Below are positions 39,469 through 52,045 of a stretch of 64,000 nucleotides of DNA, piece after piece. The notes under the pieces are model-generated. The model had not been told where the DNA came from, ran no database searches, and saw nothing but the letters and a program-made list of their open reading frames with translations. This DNA is from Octopus sinensis (lineage: Eukaryota), in NCBI RefSeq assembly GCF_006345805.1, contig NC_043019.1, positions 1,054,001-1,118,000 of the forward strand, written 5' to 3'. Each line of letters opens with the position of its first letter. The first letter of the stretch is position 1. The translations under genes were made by a program, and so were the position numbers.

Positions 39469-39860
39469 GGATGGAAGCACTCCGTCGGTTACGACGACGA
39501 GCGTTCCGGTTGATCCGAATCAACGGAACAGCCTGCTCGTGAAATTAACGTGTAAGTGGCTGAGCACTCCACAGACACGCGTACCCTTAACGTAGTTCTC
39601 GGGGATATTCAGCGTGACACAGAGAATGACAAGGCCGGCCCTTTGAAATACAGGTACAACAGAAACAGGAAGTAAGAGTGAGAGAAAGTTGTGGTGAAAG
39701 AGTACAGCAGGGATCACCACCATCCCCTGCCGGAGCCTCGTGGAGCTTTTGAGGCGTTTTCGCTCAATAAACACTCACAGCGCCCGGTCTGGGAATCGAA
39801 ACCGCAATCCTATGACCGCGAGTCCGCTGCCCTAACCACTGGGCCATCGCGCCTCCACCT
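39469..39860 (-). mobile_element. SINE family E, full length with 12-bp TSD
   Basis: TSD AGTGGAGCCACT at 39457-39468 and 39861-39872. Confidence 0.9.
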
Positions 39861-41819
39861 AGTGGAGCCACTAAATAAGAAATGATTGTAGCATCAACAA
39901 AAGTAACAGCAGCAGTGGGGGTTATGGAAGCCCGGATAAGTTTCATTTACTCGTTGGTGTTGCAAAAAACATTCGATCTAATCCCATTAGACAAAAGCAT
40001 AATTATCTACAGGATAAAGGAATGACACTAACATTATAAGGAAATTGATCAGATTGAAAAACAGTAATTTCAAGCGGTCTATTAATTAAGAAGTATTGTT
40101 TCTTGTGAGTCTCCCCAGAGTAAGGTTAACTGTACTTGAAATAGAATCGGAGATAGATTTTGTGATACTTGTTAGTTAACCCATCTCTTGTCCGAAGTAG
40201 TTGAGAATGCCATTTAAAACCTCGCACATCTGTCTTTAATCGAATATGTGCCCATTCTAGTCCATCAAAGACCGATTTGTTGCATATGTGCAATATCGCG
40301 TCTCTGCTACCGGTGGCGATTGAAGAGCTTTCGTGCTTGTGTCTTAGAATATATATTTTAGCTGTAACTTTGTCTTTTGCGTTAAAGAAACATTATCGGG
40401 CTTTTCACGCTGATTCCGTGTCAGTTGTGATGACCTTTCTAATGGCGTTTACGAATTTGCTTACATTTCTTTTACCTATTTTAAATTCTGTACAAAAATA
40501 CCGAGTTCTCTGTAACTGCCCTCAATAGAGCATCCCATTAAACCTGTTGATAACTGTCACCGTCAGAGGGAGCTGACACCTTGCTAATCTGATTCCTTAG
40601 GATTTACGCGATGGAGAATCTATTCAGCTTCCTTTAGCCGGGTCTTTTGCTACGAGTTCTATCTAGGTCGACCGTGCGCGCAACAAATTTGTACTCTGTA
40701 TATCCGACTAGTTCAAATTTGGACATCCTGTCCTAACCTTTCCATTGATTTAATAAGCATAAAACAAGGCAGCTACACTATGTTCGTACTTGTGGGGCGT
40801 GGATTGTCGATTACATGGACACCAGTGTCTCACTGGTATTTCATTTACCGACCCCAAAAGAATAAAAGGCAAAGTCATCCTCGGCAGAATTTGAACTCAG
40901 AACGTAGCGACAGGCGCTAAGCATTTCGTCCAGCGCGCTAACGATTTTGCCAGCTCATTGCCTTTCGTGGACTTGTTAATAATAATTAGTTCTTAGAATG
41001 GCACAAGAACAGCAGTTTGAATGGAGGAAGTAAGACGATTAGTTGGACCTTAGAGCACCATTTTATCATTCCAGAAATGCTGAAAGGCAAAGTTAATCTC
41101 AGCAGTATTTGAAAGTAAATAACTGGAAGAAATGTTGCTATCGACTTTTTCCGACGCTCCAGCAATTCTGTAACTTCGTGGCCTTAATAACGATATTGAT
41201 AATCCTTTCTACTGTAGGCACTAGGCCTGAAATTCTTGAAGAGAGAATCGTGTAATTATATCGACTCCAGTGTTTAATTGGAAATTATTTCATCGAACCT
41301 GAAGATGATGAAAGGCAAACAGACTGCGGTAGAATTTGAACTCACAACGTGAAGCATGACAAAATGTTGTTAAAAATGTTCTTCGACGTGTTGACTATTC
41401 TCGACAACATAATATTAATAAAAATGGTTTCAAATTTTTAGGCAAGAGACCAACAATTTCGCGAGGCGTGGATACGTTATTGCATCAATCCTAGTGACAA
41501 GTTGGTACATATTATTTGATCGACCTCGAAAGGATAAAATTCACAGCGAACTTCAGGTTGTTAAGGCGGACGAAATGACGTAAAATATTTCATCCGGCGT
41601 GCTAATATTCAGCCAGTTTGTCCCCTTCTTCTTATTAATAATCATTTCTAGTGATGGCACAAGGCCTGAAATTTTAGGGGAGGGATGGTTGTTGATTACA
41701 ATCGACCCTAGTGTTTCACCAGTACTTAATTTATCGTTCCACCCACCAATCACAAAAAAAAAAAAGGATGAGAGGCAAAGTTGACCTCGGCGGAATTTGA
41801 ACACAGAAAAGAGCGGCAG

Positions 41820-42423
41820 ACGAAATACCTATTTCTTTACTACCCACAAGGGGCTAAACACTGAAGGGACAAACAAGGACAGACAAACGGATAAAGTCGA
41901 TTACATCGACCCCAGTGCGTAACTAGTAGTTAATTTATCGATCCCGAAAGGATGAAAGGCAAAGTCGACCTCGGGGGAATTTGAACTCAGAACATAACGG
42001 CAGACGAAGTACCTCTTTCTTTACTACCCACAAGGGGCTAAACACAGAGAGGACAAACAAGGACAGACAAACGGAATAAGTCGATTATATCAACCCCAGA
42101 GCGTAATTGGTACTTATTTAATCTGCCCCGAAAGGATGAAAGGCAAAGTCGACCTCGGCAGAATTTGAACTCAGAACGTAACGGCTGACAAAATACCTAT
42201 TTCTGTATTACCCACAAGGGGCTAAACACAGAGGGAACAAACAAGGACAGACATAGGTATTAAGTCGATTACATCGACCCCAGTTCATAACTGGTACTTA
42301 ATTTATCGACCCCGAAAGGATGAAAGGCAAAGTCGACCTCGGCGGAATTTGAACTCAGAACGTAACGGCTGACGAAATACCGCTAAACATTTCACTCGAC
42401 GTGCTAACATTTTTGCCAGCTCG
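41820..42423 (-). mobile_element. Family-A SINE trimer
   Basis: About 190-bp units joined at GGTATT. Confidence 0.85.
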
Positions 42424-42704
42424 ACATCTTATAAATATGATTATAAATAGAAAAGGTTTCAAGGCCAAATATTTCAGCTAGAATGAACAGCAGGTTATCA
42501 ACCTAAGTAAATTGATTGTAATATATTTCTTAAATTCATTAATGGATGAAAGAAGAAATTCATCTGAATGTGCATTCGGATTTAGAATCTAAACATCTAA
42601 AATTAAGTGCTAAAAGTGTCAGTCTACCATCGTAAGGCACACGGCCAAACAACATTCTGTATTTCATACGACAGTATTATTTTTATCATTATTAATAAGA
42701 AAAT

Positions 42705-43110
42705 GGTGGCGAGCTGGCATAATCATTAGCTCGCCGGGTGATATGATTAGCAGTATTTCTTCTGCCGTTACGTTCTGAGTTCAAATTCCGCCCAGGGTCG
42801 ACTTTGCCTTTTATGCTTTCGGGGTCGATAAATTAAGTACCAGTTACGCACTGGTGTCGATGTAATTGACTTAGTCCCTTATTCTGTCCTTCTTTGTCCC
42901 CTCTGTATTTAGCACCTTGTGGGGAGTAAAGAAATAGGTATTTCGCCTGCGGCTACGTTCTAAGTTCAAATTCCGGCGAGGTTGACTTTGACATTCATAT
43001 TTTCACGGTCGATGAAATAAGTACCAGTTACGCACTGGGGTCGATATAATTGACTATACCCCTTCCCCCTGCCAAAAAAAAAATTCCCCAAAAGATTTCC
43101 GACGAGAAAT
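42705..43110 (+). mobile_element. Family-A SINE dimer
   Basis: Junction near 42936. Confidence 0.8.
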
Positions 43111-43136
43111 AATTATTATTAACATGCAAAAGAAAG

Positions 43137-43870
43137 CGACGAGCTGACTGAATCGTTAGAACGCCGGGCGAAATGCTTAGCGGTATTTCGTCTGCCGTTA
43201 CCTTCTGAGTTCAAGTTCTGCCGAGGTCTACTTTGCCTTTCATCCTTTCGGGGTCGATAAATTAAGTACCAGTTATGCACTGGGGTCGATGTAATCGACT
43301 TAATCCGTTTGTCTGTCCTGGTTTGTCCCCTCTATGTTTAGCTCCTTGTAGGTAATAAAGAAATAGGTATTTCGTCTGCCGTTACGTTCTGAGTTCAAAT
43401 TACCGCGAGGTCGACTTTGCTTTTCATCCTTTCGGGGTAGATTACATAAGTACCAGCTATGCACTGGGGTCAATATAATCGACTTAATCTGTTTGTCTGT
43501 CCTTGTTTTTCCACTCTATATTTAACCCCTTGTGGGTAGTAAATAAATAGAAATAGTTATTTGGTCTGCCGCTACGTTCTGAGTTAAATTCCGCCGATGT
43601 CGACTTTGCCTTTCATCTTTTCGGTGTCGATTAAATAAATACCAGTTACGCACTGGGTTCAATATAATCGACTTAATCTGTTTGTCTGTCCTTGTTTGTC
43701 CACTCTATGTTTAACCCCTTGTGGGTAGTAAAGAAATAGAAATAGGTATTTCGTCTGGCGCTACGTTCTGAGTTCAAATTCCGCCGAGGTCGACTTTGCC
43801 TCTCATCCTTTTTTTGTGTGTGATTGGTGGGGAGAACGATAAATGAAGTACTAGTGAAACACTAGGGTCG
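43137..43870 (+). mobile_element. Family-A SINE tetramer
   Basis: Junctions near 43366, 43556 and 43745. Confidence 0.85.
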
Positions 43871-44950
43871 GTTGTAATCAACAACCATCCCCTCCTAAAA
43901 TTTCAGGCCTTGTGCCTGTAGTAGAAAGGATTACTAATAATAAGAAGGTGACGAAGTGATGGGAATGTTAGCACGCTGGACGAAATATTTAAGTTATTTC
44001 GTCCATCTTAACCATCGGAATTTCGCTGTGAATTTCATGCTTTCGAGATCGATCAAATGATATGTACCAACTTGTCACTGGGATTGATGCAATAACGTAA
44101 CCACACCTCACGAAATTGTTGGTCTCTTGCCAAAAAATTTGAAACCATTATTATTAATATTATGTTGTCGAGAATCGTCAACACGTTGAAGAATATTTTT
44201 AACAACATTTTGCCAGGCTTTATGTTGTGAGTTCAAATTCCACCGCGGTCTATTTGCTTTTCATCCTCTTCGGGATCGATGAAATAATTACCTAATTAAA
44301 CACTGGAGTCGATATAATTACATGATTATCTCTTCAAGAATTTCAGGCCTAGTGCCTACAATAGAAGGGATTATCATTATCGTTATTTAAGTCACGAAGT
44401 TGCAGAATTGCTGGAGGGTCGGATAAAGTCAATAACAACATTTCATCTAGTTATTTACTTTCAAATACCGTTGAGATCGACTTTGCTTTTCAACATTTCT
44501 GGAATGATAAAATGCCTCCACATACATGTGTGTATTTATCAAATTTCTTCTAGTGACTTGTTTGTGAATGGTTATAATCAGCGATACAAATTGTTTCAGA
44601 TTTCATTCTCGGCGAAATCTAGAATTCTTCATTCCAATGTCTTTGTCTCGTTCCATTAATTGGTTATGTAATTCCTTTTTTCCTAGCTCAGGCATTCGAT
44701 CTGCCATTTCTGCCTATCGTTTATGAAATTTCTGACTGTTTCAGAGACTTCAACAATATTTCAGACCACAGTCAACATTGTTCCTTCAGTTCTGAAAAAC
44801 ATAATTTTTCAACACTAAGATTGCACCTCTGATCTTGTCTGGTGCATTTAATAAACCTCTACCGCTTTTATTCTTGTTAAGCAGAACTTATCAATATTAA
44901 TTTTAGGTGGGGTGGCGAGCTGGCAGACCCGTTAGCAGGCCGGGCAGATT

Positions 44951-45290
44951 TAAAGACTCTTTTTTTAAAGACTCCGCCGGTTACGACGACGAGGGTCCCA
45001 GCTGATACGATCAACGGAACAGCTTGCTCGTGAAATTAACGTGCAAATGGCTGAGCATTCCACAGACACGTGTACCCTTAACGTAGTTCTCGGGGATAAT
45101 CAGCGTGACACAGAGAGTGACAAGGCTGACCCTTTGAAATACAAGTACAACTCATTTTTGCCAGCTGAGTGGACTGGAGCAACGTGAAATAAAGTGTCTT
45201 GCTCAAGGACACAACGCGTCGCCGGGAATCGAACTCACAACCTTACGATCATGAGCCGAATGCCCTAACCACTAAGCCACACGCCCTCAC
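44951..45290 (-). mobile_element. CORE-SINE family D nested in an old family-A SINE, 13-bp TSD
   Basis: TSD GGCCGGGCAGATT at 44938-44950 and 45291-45303. Confidence 0.9.
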
Positions 45291-46229
45291 GGCCGGGCAG
45301 ATTACTTAGCGGCATTTCGTCCGTCTATACATTCAAAGTTCAAATCCCCAGGAGGCCGGCATTGTCCTTCCTTATTTCAGGATCGATGAAATAAGTAGCA
45401 ATTGAGGACTGGGGTCGATATAATCGATTTACTTCCTCCCTTGAAATCGCTGGCCTTATCCCAAAATTTGATGTCAATATTACTTTAAGGGTGGTGCCCT
45501 TGAGCACTGTGACGAACACTCTATCGAATTCTTCAGATAATGAGGCATATATCGGAACAATGCCACTAGCTTCATATTAAGTGCCTTAGTTACATAACCA
45601 CGAATTAATTTCGTTTCATGTCCTTTCCTATCTCATTTCTCATTCCCTTATTCTCTAAACCCACATCGCACTTAGGTACTTGTTTTTTTCTTTCTTTATC
45701 TTCCAGCCATCTAACATAATTATGTACTACGTTTATCCCGAAGGATTTAATCTTCCGACGTCATTTCATAATTAAATTTGCACTTTTATTGACCTCAAAC
45801 TATATATCAAAAGACTTGCCAATTGAGATTACTGATGAGATCAAAGAATACAAGCTTCTTAGTATTTCGTATATAGTTCGTCGAGCCAATCAATATAGAG
45901 TAGTTGACATTTTGTTTTTTTCGTTTTAGTTATTGTCGGATCACATCCTGCTCTGTAGCGTCTCAGTTTCCCTGTCAGGAGGAAATAATTCGATGATAAC
46001 AAAATAATGGAGAGCGCGAGCTTTCACAGAAATATCAACTGTCACGTTTTCCCTCTTCCGAATAAATCATCTCCTCATTTTTGTTCCAATTTCCATTATC
46101 GTAATTTTTTTTCCCCAAAGGAAACAACAACAAAAAAAAAGACAATCCAGTAATTGGTAATATTCACATTGATTTCATAAGTCTACAGACACTCCAAAGC
46201 CGAGCAGTACGTTATATTAATCGTAAGAT

Positions 46230-46500
46230 TTCTTTCCTTTCCAACCAATAGCTAATGTGTTCCTCATACGTACTTCACATAGTGAGATGTCATCGATGTA
46301 GATCAGAAGGCGGTTCCCTTGGTTTCTTCTTGCATCTCTTGGTCTTTTGATCACCACTTTTCGAGAATGCGAGTCCCTTTATATGAAATGAAGCTTCTAA
46401 TTAATATCCAGATTTATGGTGAGCATGTCGTAGTTCTCATATTACTGAGTCGCTATCACATATTTTGTTCTACATTGATATTTGTTATTTATTACAAATG
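46230..46500 (-). pseudogene. Possible RTE-clade LINE C-terminal remnant
   Basis: VVIKRPRDARRNQGNRLLIYIDDISLCEVR..GWK resembles the RTE C-terminal RGRP..TYID..W motif. Confidence 0.3.
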
Positions 46501-46924
46501 GTGTTGTTGCTATCGTTAAGTACAGATCTATATATCAAGTCCTCTCTTTCCTGCTCCTATCTACTATGTTGACACGCTAGCATATAATCACTTATACGTC
46601 TACATGTACGTATATATATATATATATATTATATATATATATATATATGAGTGTATGTCTGTCCGTGCGTGGGTGTATGTATATATGTACCAGTGCATGT
46701 ATATGTGTGTGTGCATATATGTATGTATGTGTGCATGTATTCCTCCTTCTTCCCTTCTTTCCTGAGCGTCCAATAATACTTTATTTGTTCCACGTCCTCG
46801 CGTTGCTGTGTTTTTTTTGTTTTCTTGTTTATATATATATATATAGATAGATATGTTTCTTTATTAGCCACACAGGGCTGCACACAGATAGAACAAATTA
46901 CAAGGTAGAGCTTTTCTTTTGAAG

Positions 46925-46959
<35 letters not shown>

Positions 46960-46982
46960 AAAAATTAAAAAAAAAAATAAAA

Positions 46983-46984
<2 letters not shown>

Positions 46985-47015
<31 letters not shown>

Positions 47016-47026
47016 CAGATAGATAA

Positions 47027-47106
<80 letters not shown>

Positions 47107-47190
47107 ATAGATAGGAAGGTAGATGGATAGGAAGATAGATATATCGATCGAAAGCTAGACAGATATATAGATAGATCGATAGATAGATAG
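46985..47190. repeat. (GATA)n microsatellite
   Basis: Direct reading. Confidence 0.95.
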
Positions 47191-47270
47191 ATATAACTGT
47201 CCGCGTTTTTATTGTGATATTGTTTCGTAGATCTGTATGTGTGTGTATGTGAGTGCATTTGAGTGTGAGC

Positions 47271-47320
<50 letters not shown>

Positions 47321-47671
47321 GCGTATTCGTGCATCTATTTGTGTATCGCGGTGCGTATGGTCAGAATTACGTACAATTATGTGTACATGGATATTGGTAT
47401 ATAATACAATTCCGTCCAAATTGAAATTAACAAAATCAGAAATAAATGGCCTGAAATAGACTTTGTGTTTACAAATTTGGTGAGGAATCCAATAATTCTC
47501 CCGGCGTCCGCTAAATACAGAATCACTTTTATTCTTTTCTTCATTGTTTCTAAGCTAAAAATATCACTATTGTAAACAAACAGGAGTTTCTGCCTGACAA
47601 TATTATGAGTATCATTGAGTGATATGCCATCAAAGTGACACTGAGGTAAAATATACGAAGCCCAGTATGTG

Positions 47672-47978
47672 GTAGCTTGTTCCTTCTCGAGCCATGCCTG
47701 GCTCATAAGGGCCGGTTTCCCGGTTTCCTTGGCGTATAGGTTCCCCACCTGGACGGGACGCCGGTGCATCGCATGTGAGCTGCAAGATGCAGGAGGTAAG
47801 ACAGAGAGAAAGTTGTGGCAAAAGAGTCATCAGAAATTTCGCCATTACCTTCTGCCGGAGCAGCGTGGAGCTTAGGTGTTTTCGCTCATAAACACACACA
47901 TCGTCCGGTCTGAGATTCGAACCCGCGATCCCTCGACCGCGAGGTCCGAGGCTCTAACCACTAGGCCATGTGCCTCCA
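47672..47978 (-). mobile_element. SINE family C with about 16-bp TSD, nested in an older repeat (47620-48440)
   Basis: ACGAAGCCCAGTATGTG at 47655-47671 versus ACGAAGCACAGTATGTG at 47978-47994; the host repeat also occurs at 62640-63060 and 19700-19875. Confidence 0.85.
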
Positions 47979-48554
47979 CGAAGCACAGTATGTGCATCAT
48001 GACTACCCATTTCATAAGGGTACACCAGGCACATGCATCACAACCATATGTGCACGAAATGGAGATCTCATCAAGATAACCAGTGCATGGGCTTGCAGGT
48101 GGGTTCCAGTTAGAATTTTCTTCAGGTCGAGTAGCGTATATCACTCAAAAGGTCCCTGAATAATAGTTTTTTAAAGATGTTGAACGAAGCACCCATGTTT
48201 CCATAAGTGAATTGTCCAGAAACCAAAGAAATCCTCTCAACACGTGGCCATGATGCTCCACCACCACTTCTGCTCGTGATCAGGAATGCAGATAACGTCA
48301 GCCTCTAAGGGATATGCTCAGCTGATTAAGGTCAAAACTGACAAGTATATATGTGGTATTGAGCAGAATATTAACTGCAGCCCATCTTTTATACCAAGAT
48401 AAACAAAGTACATAAAACTTCCTATCCGTTAAGATGAGAAGCCATGATAGCCACGCCTTTATTATTATTGTTATTATTATTATTGTTGTTGTTGTTGTTG
48501 TTGTTGTTAATAATTATAATAATAGTAATAGTTTAATAAAAAATAATTTTTTTA

Positions 48555-48704
48555 GACATTCACTAGTACAACACTAAATACAAAACCAAATATATGGCAA
48601 ACTATGCATAACAACATGAACTTCCAACTTGTTGTCTCTTGAGGTCTCTGGGTGAGACTTGGAGCCAACTTGTACAAATATAAAGCAAAAGTCAAACATA
48701 TAAA

Positions 48705-48705
<1 letters not shown>
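48555..48705 (+). mobile_element. LINE 3' UTR ending in (TAA)n
   Basis: ...GTTGTCTCTTGAGGTCTCTGGGTGAGACTTGGAGCC...AAAGTCAAACAT followed by (TAA)n; Dong-like tail (from memory). Confidence 0.5.
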
Positions 48706-48764
<59 letters not shown>

Positions 48765-48765
<1 letters not shown>

Positions 48766-49075
48766 TTCAGAAGTTTTAGTTTTATAGGTGCTTTCACTTC
48801 ACTACCGCGCGCAGCTCTGTGTGCCTTGGGTATGTGCTGTCATTTGTTGTGATGCTCTGGTGGTTACTGTATTGAACATGTTCTGCATAGGATGTGTGTA
48901 GTGCGCAATGGTGCAGTTTTCTGTATGTTATATATATTTGTAAGTCCTGGTGTTTTTGTTATGTATTTGTCTGAAAATTTTTTTTATCATACCTAATGCG
49001 TCTACTATGTTAGGAATTGTTTCTGTTTTTAGATTCCACATTCGAGTTACATCTATTTCTATGTCTTTGTATTAT
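48765..49075 (-). pseudogene. Dong/R4-like LINE 3' end (RLE C-terminus and 3' UTR) ending in (TAA)n
   Basis: KDIEIDVTRMWNLKTETIPNIVDALGMIKK..KYITKTPGLTNIYNIQKTAPLRTTHIL. Confidence 0.7.
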
Positions 49076-49877
49076 TATCCTTATTGTTATTGTTATTACT
49101 ATTATTACTATTACTATTATTATTTATATTTTTATTATTATAAAAAGTATTATTATTTTTGTCATCATCATCATCATCATCATCATCATGATTATTGTAG
49201 ATGTTGTCGTCGTTGTTGTTGTTATACTTTTCGGTGGGATAGCCCAAAGGTAGAAGGAAAATATATTTGAACAAAATAAAAGCACATTTTTACTAAACAC
49301 ATTTTGATATATACATAAGATTCAGAGTAAAAAGAAAAAGAAAGAATATATAAAACACAGGAAAAAAAATCAAACAGTGATAGAACTGCTTTTGGCAACA
49401 AGACAAGAAAGTGGGTACGAAGAATAATTTAGTGCTCGTGGTGGTTAGCATAGCACTAAGAAGAATGAAAGCAAATGCTAAAAGACGACACCTGGAGAGT
49501 GGCAAACTCCCAACTTTTGATTTGTATTTATGAGCAGTCAGGCAGGATGTTGCTCTCCCTGACATTAAAAAGTTGAAAGGAAAAACAAATTTTTTTGCTT
49601 TTCTGTGTAAAAATGTTCAGAACAAAATAAGATGATGTAATGTAAAATAAGTCGTTTGTGTATGAATACGGGTACACATGTATATATATATATATATGTG
49701 TGTGTATAACACAATCCATGAATTTTAACCTAGGATCGTCTTTCTGTATTTGAAAATGCAGGAATGTCTCTAGAATTGACTCAAGGCTTGAAATATATAA
49801 TTACATACATACATACGTAAATAAATACATACATACATACATACGTACATACATACATACATACATACATACATACA

Positions 49878-49937
<60 letters not shown>

Positions 49938-49953
49938 ATATATATATATATAT

Positions 49954-49986
<33 letters not shown>

Positions 49987-50138
49987 CCAATTAAGGACTG
50001 CACACGAAAAGTGGACAGTCAACATGCTAGATATAGACGTCAAATCGCCATTCTCCACAAAAAATTTTATGTTCTCAGATCAAACTCAACAAAACCAAAG
50101 TAATAAACAAGTGAAAAATATACGAAATAAATATTTAC

Positions 50139-50203
50139 CCATATACTAAATTTAGTTTCAGCTGTTATTTTCCGCAAGGAAAACTGCAGCATCATCAGCA
50201 TGG
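50139..50203 (-). ncRNA. Type I hammerhead motif, left arm
   Basis: CCATG-CTGATGA-TGCTG..TTTTCC(ttgc)GGAAAA..CAGCT-GAAA-CTAAATTTAG-TA-TATGG. Confidence 0.7.
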
Positions 50204-50436
50204 TCCCATATAAAATGTAATTTTTACCCTAAATTTAATTTTATAAATATTTGTTCTCTAACCGATAAATTAACTGCTGCTAACTATTAGCTGCAGGCTA
50301 GTTTTCTCGGGTCTCATCGCGCCAAAAGTAAAAGCATTTGAAATATATATTTCAAATGTAATAGGCCGGACTCCATGCACGCGATATTTTGGTGTCGTGT
50401 TGGCATTTAGTCCAGCAAATTACATTTTATATGGGA

Positions 50437-50501
50437 CCATGCTGATGATGCTGCCCTTTTCCTTGCGGAAAATAACAGCTGAAACTAAATTTAGTACATG
50501 G
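50437..50501 (+). ncRNA. Type I hammerhead motif, right arm
   Basis: CCATG-CTGATGA-TGCTG..CAGCT-GAAA-CTAAATTTAG-TA-CATGG; predicted cut after 50496. Confidence 0.75.
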
Positions 50502-51023
50502 GTAAATATTTATTTCGTATATTTTTCACTTGTTTATTACTTTGGTTTTGTTGAGTTTGATCTGAGAACATAAAATTTTTTGTGGAGAATGGCGATTTGA
50601 CGTCTATATCTAGCATGTTGACTGTCCACTTTTCGTGTGCAGTCCTTAATTGGTATATATAAATATTTTAATCTTCGGATTCTTTTTTAATATGCTAGAC
50701 CATTGGTTCTAATTGATAAATATCAATTTTTACCCTAAATTTAATTTTATATATATATATATATATTTAATCATATCAAAGGGAAATGGAAATTAATAAA
50801 AATTTTCACTTCCAGTGGCCTAGCGTGTAAAAATTTAGTCCAAAGACTATGTGTTACTCATAAAATACAGTGTACATTTAAACATATAAGGAATCCACTC
50901 GTGGGATTCAACATGCTAGAAAGAACAGCTAGGTTCTATAACCACAAAATTAGGGATAAGTTTCGACAGGAGCGAAATGTCGAATTTGTGTTTAAATGTA
51001 CACTGTATTATATATATATACAT

Positions 51024-51064
<41 letters not shown>

Positions 51065-51218
51065 AAGTTAATCCAAACAAGAAAGCACAAAAAAACACAA
51101 CAGCGCAAGGACGGGGAACAAATATAGTATTATTGGACGCTCAGGAAAGATCCAGAGAAGGGAAGACAGAGGAAAAATATCGCCAACGATACACACGCGG
51201 TCACATATATATATATAT

Positions 51219-51252
<34 letters not shown>

Positions 51253-51329
51253 AAGGCCTCCTTCGGTCACGACACAGACCATGGGATTGAACCTAGAGAG
51301 TTACTCTCCAGGCACGGTTAAGGTTGTTT

Positions 51330-51557
51330 ATGGAAGACCAGTAGTCGCCCATGCATACCAACCTCCCCTCTTCATCCAAGGGAAAGGCAAAGGGGCCGAT
51401 ACATATTGGCACCTGTGACGTCGCAACTCATTTCTACAGCTGAGTGAACTGGAACAACTTGAAATAAAGTGTCTTGCTGAAGAACACAACACTCAGCTCG
51501 GTCCAGGGATTCGAGCTCACAACCTCACGATCGTAAACTCAATGCTCTAACCACTGA

Positions 51558-51561
<4 letters not shown>
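51330..51561 (-). mobile_element. CORE-SINE, family D head with a different tail
   Basis: CORE-like domain followed by a GGCGACTACTGGTCTTCCATAAACAACC tail. Confidence 0.7.
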
Positions 51562-51605
<44 letters not shown>

Positions 51606-52004
51606 GAAAAATTATAATAAGGTAGAATGCTAACTTGAAAGTAAATTTTAATACAAGTGGGTGTATGGAAACTTAAAAATGAAAAAATAATAAAAAGGGT
51701 GTTTATGTATATATATATATATTGTGTATGTATATAAATAATGTATATTCATATATCAGCATATAAGTTTGAGATACACTTTATACATAATAGCAATATG
51801 TTTGGAAATTCCTCTATTGCTACTCTGCTTTTCACTCCCCTATACTGTTAATCAAGCAAAATTTAGATGTGTAGATACATCTATATATACAAACATACAT
51901 ACATACATAAATATACTCAGATACATACATGCATGCATATATATATATATATGTACATACGTACGTATCTATCTATCTATCTATCTATATATATATATAT
52001 ATAT

Positions 52005-52045
<41 letters not shown>

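Larger units (their letters stand above)
41059..44514. repeat. Old 3.4-kb inverted duplication (arms about 41059-42423 and 43137-44514)
   Basis: Shared private features, such as the poly-T/GTGATTGGTGG insertion in a SINE core, are mirrored at about 41745 and 43815. Confidence 0.85.
49983..50660. mobile_element. TA-flanked inverted-repeat element (about 240-bp near-perfect arms, about 200-bp spacer)
   Basis: TATACCAATTAAGG...CCTTAATTGGTATA; arms about 49983-50222 and 50420-50660. Confidence 0.9.

Noticed and set aside
39175-39513. 112-aa ORF with N/S-rich and (RE)n segments
   Set aside because: Built from (CAA)-like and (GA)n repeats plus a SINE tail
39780-39858. tRNA genes
   Set aside because: tRNA-like heads have A/B boxes but no closed acceptor stem, and they continue into SINE bodies with TSDs
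41820-43870. CRISPR-like array
   Set aside because: The about 190-bp units are SINE bodies without unique spacers, and the context is eukaryotic with no cas genes
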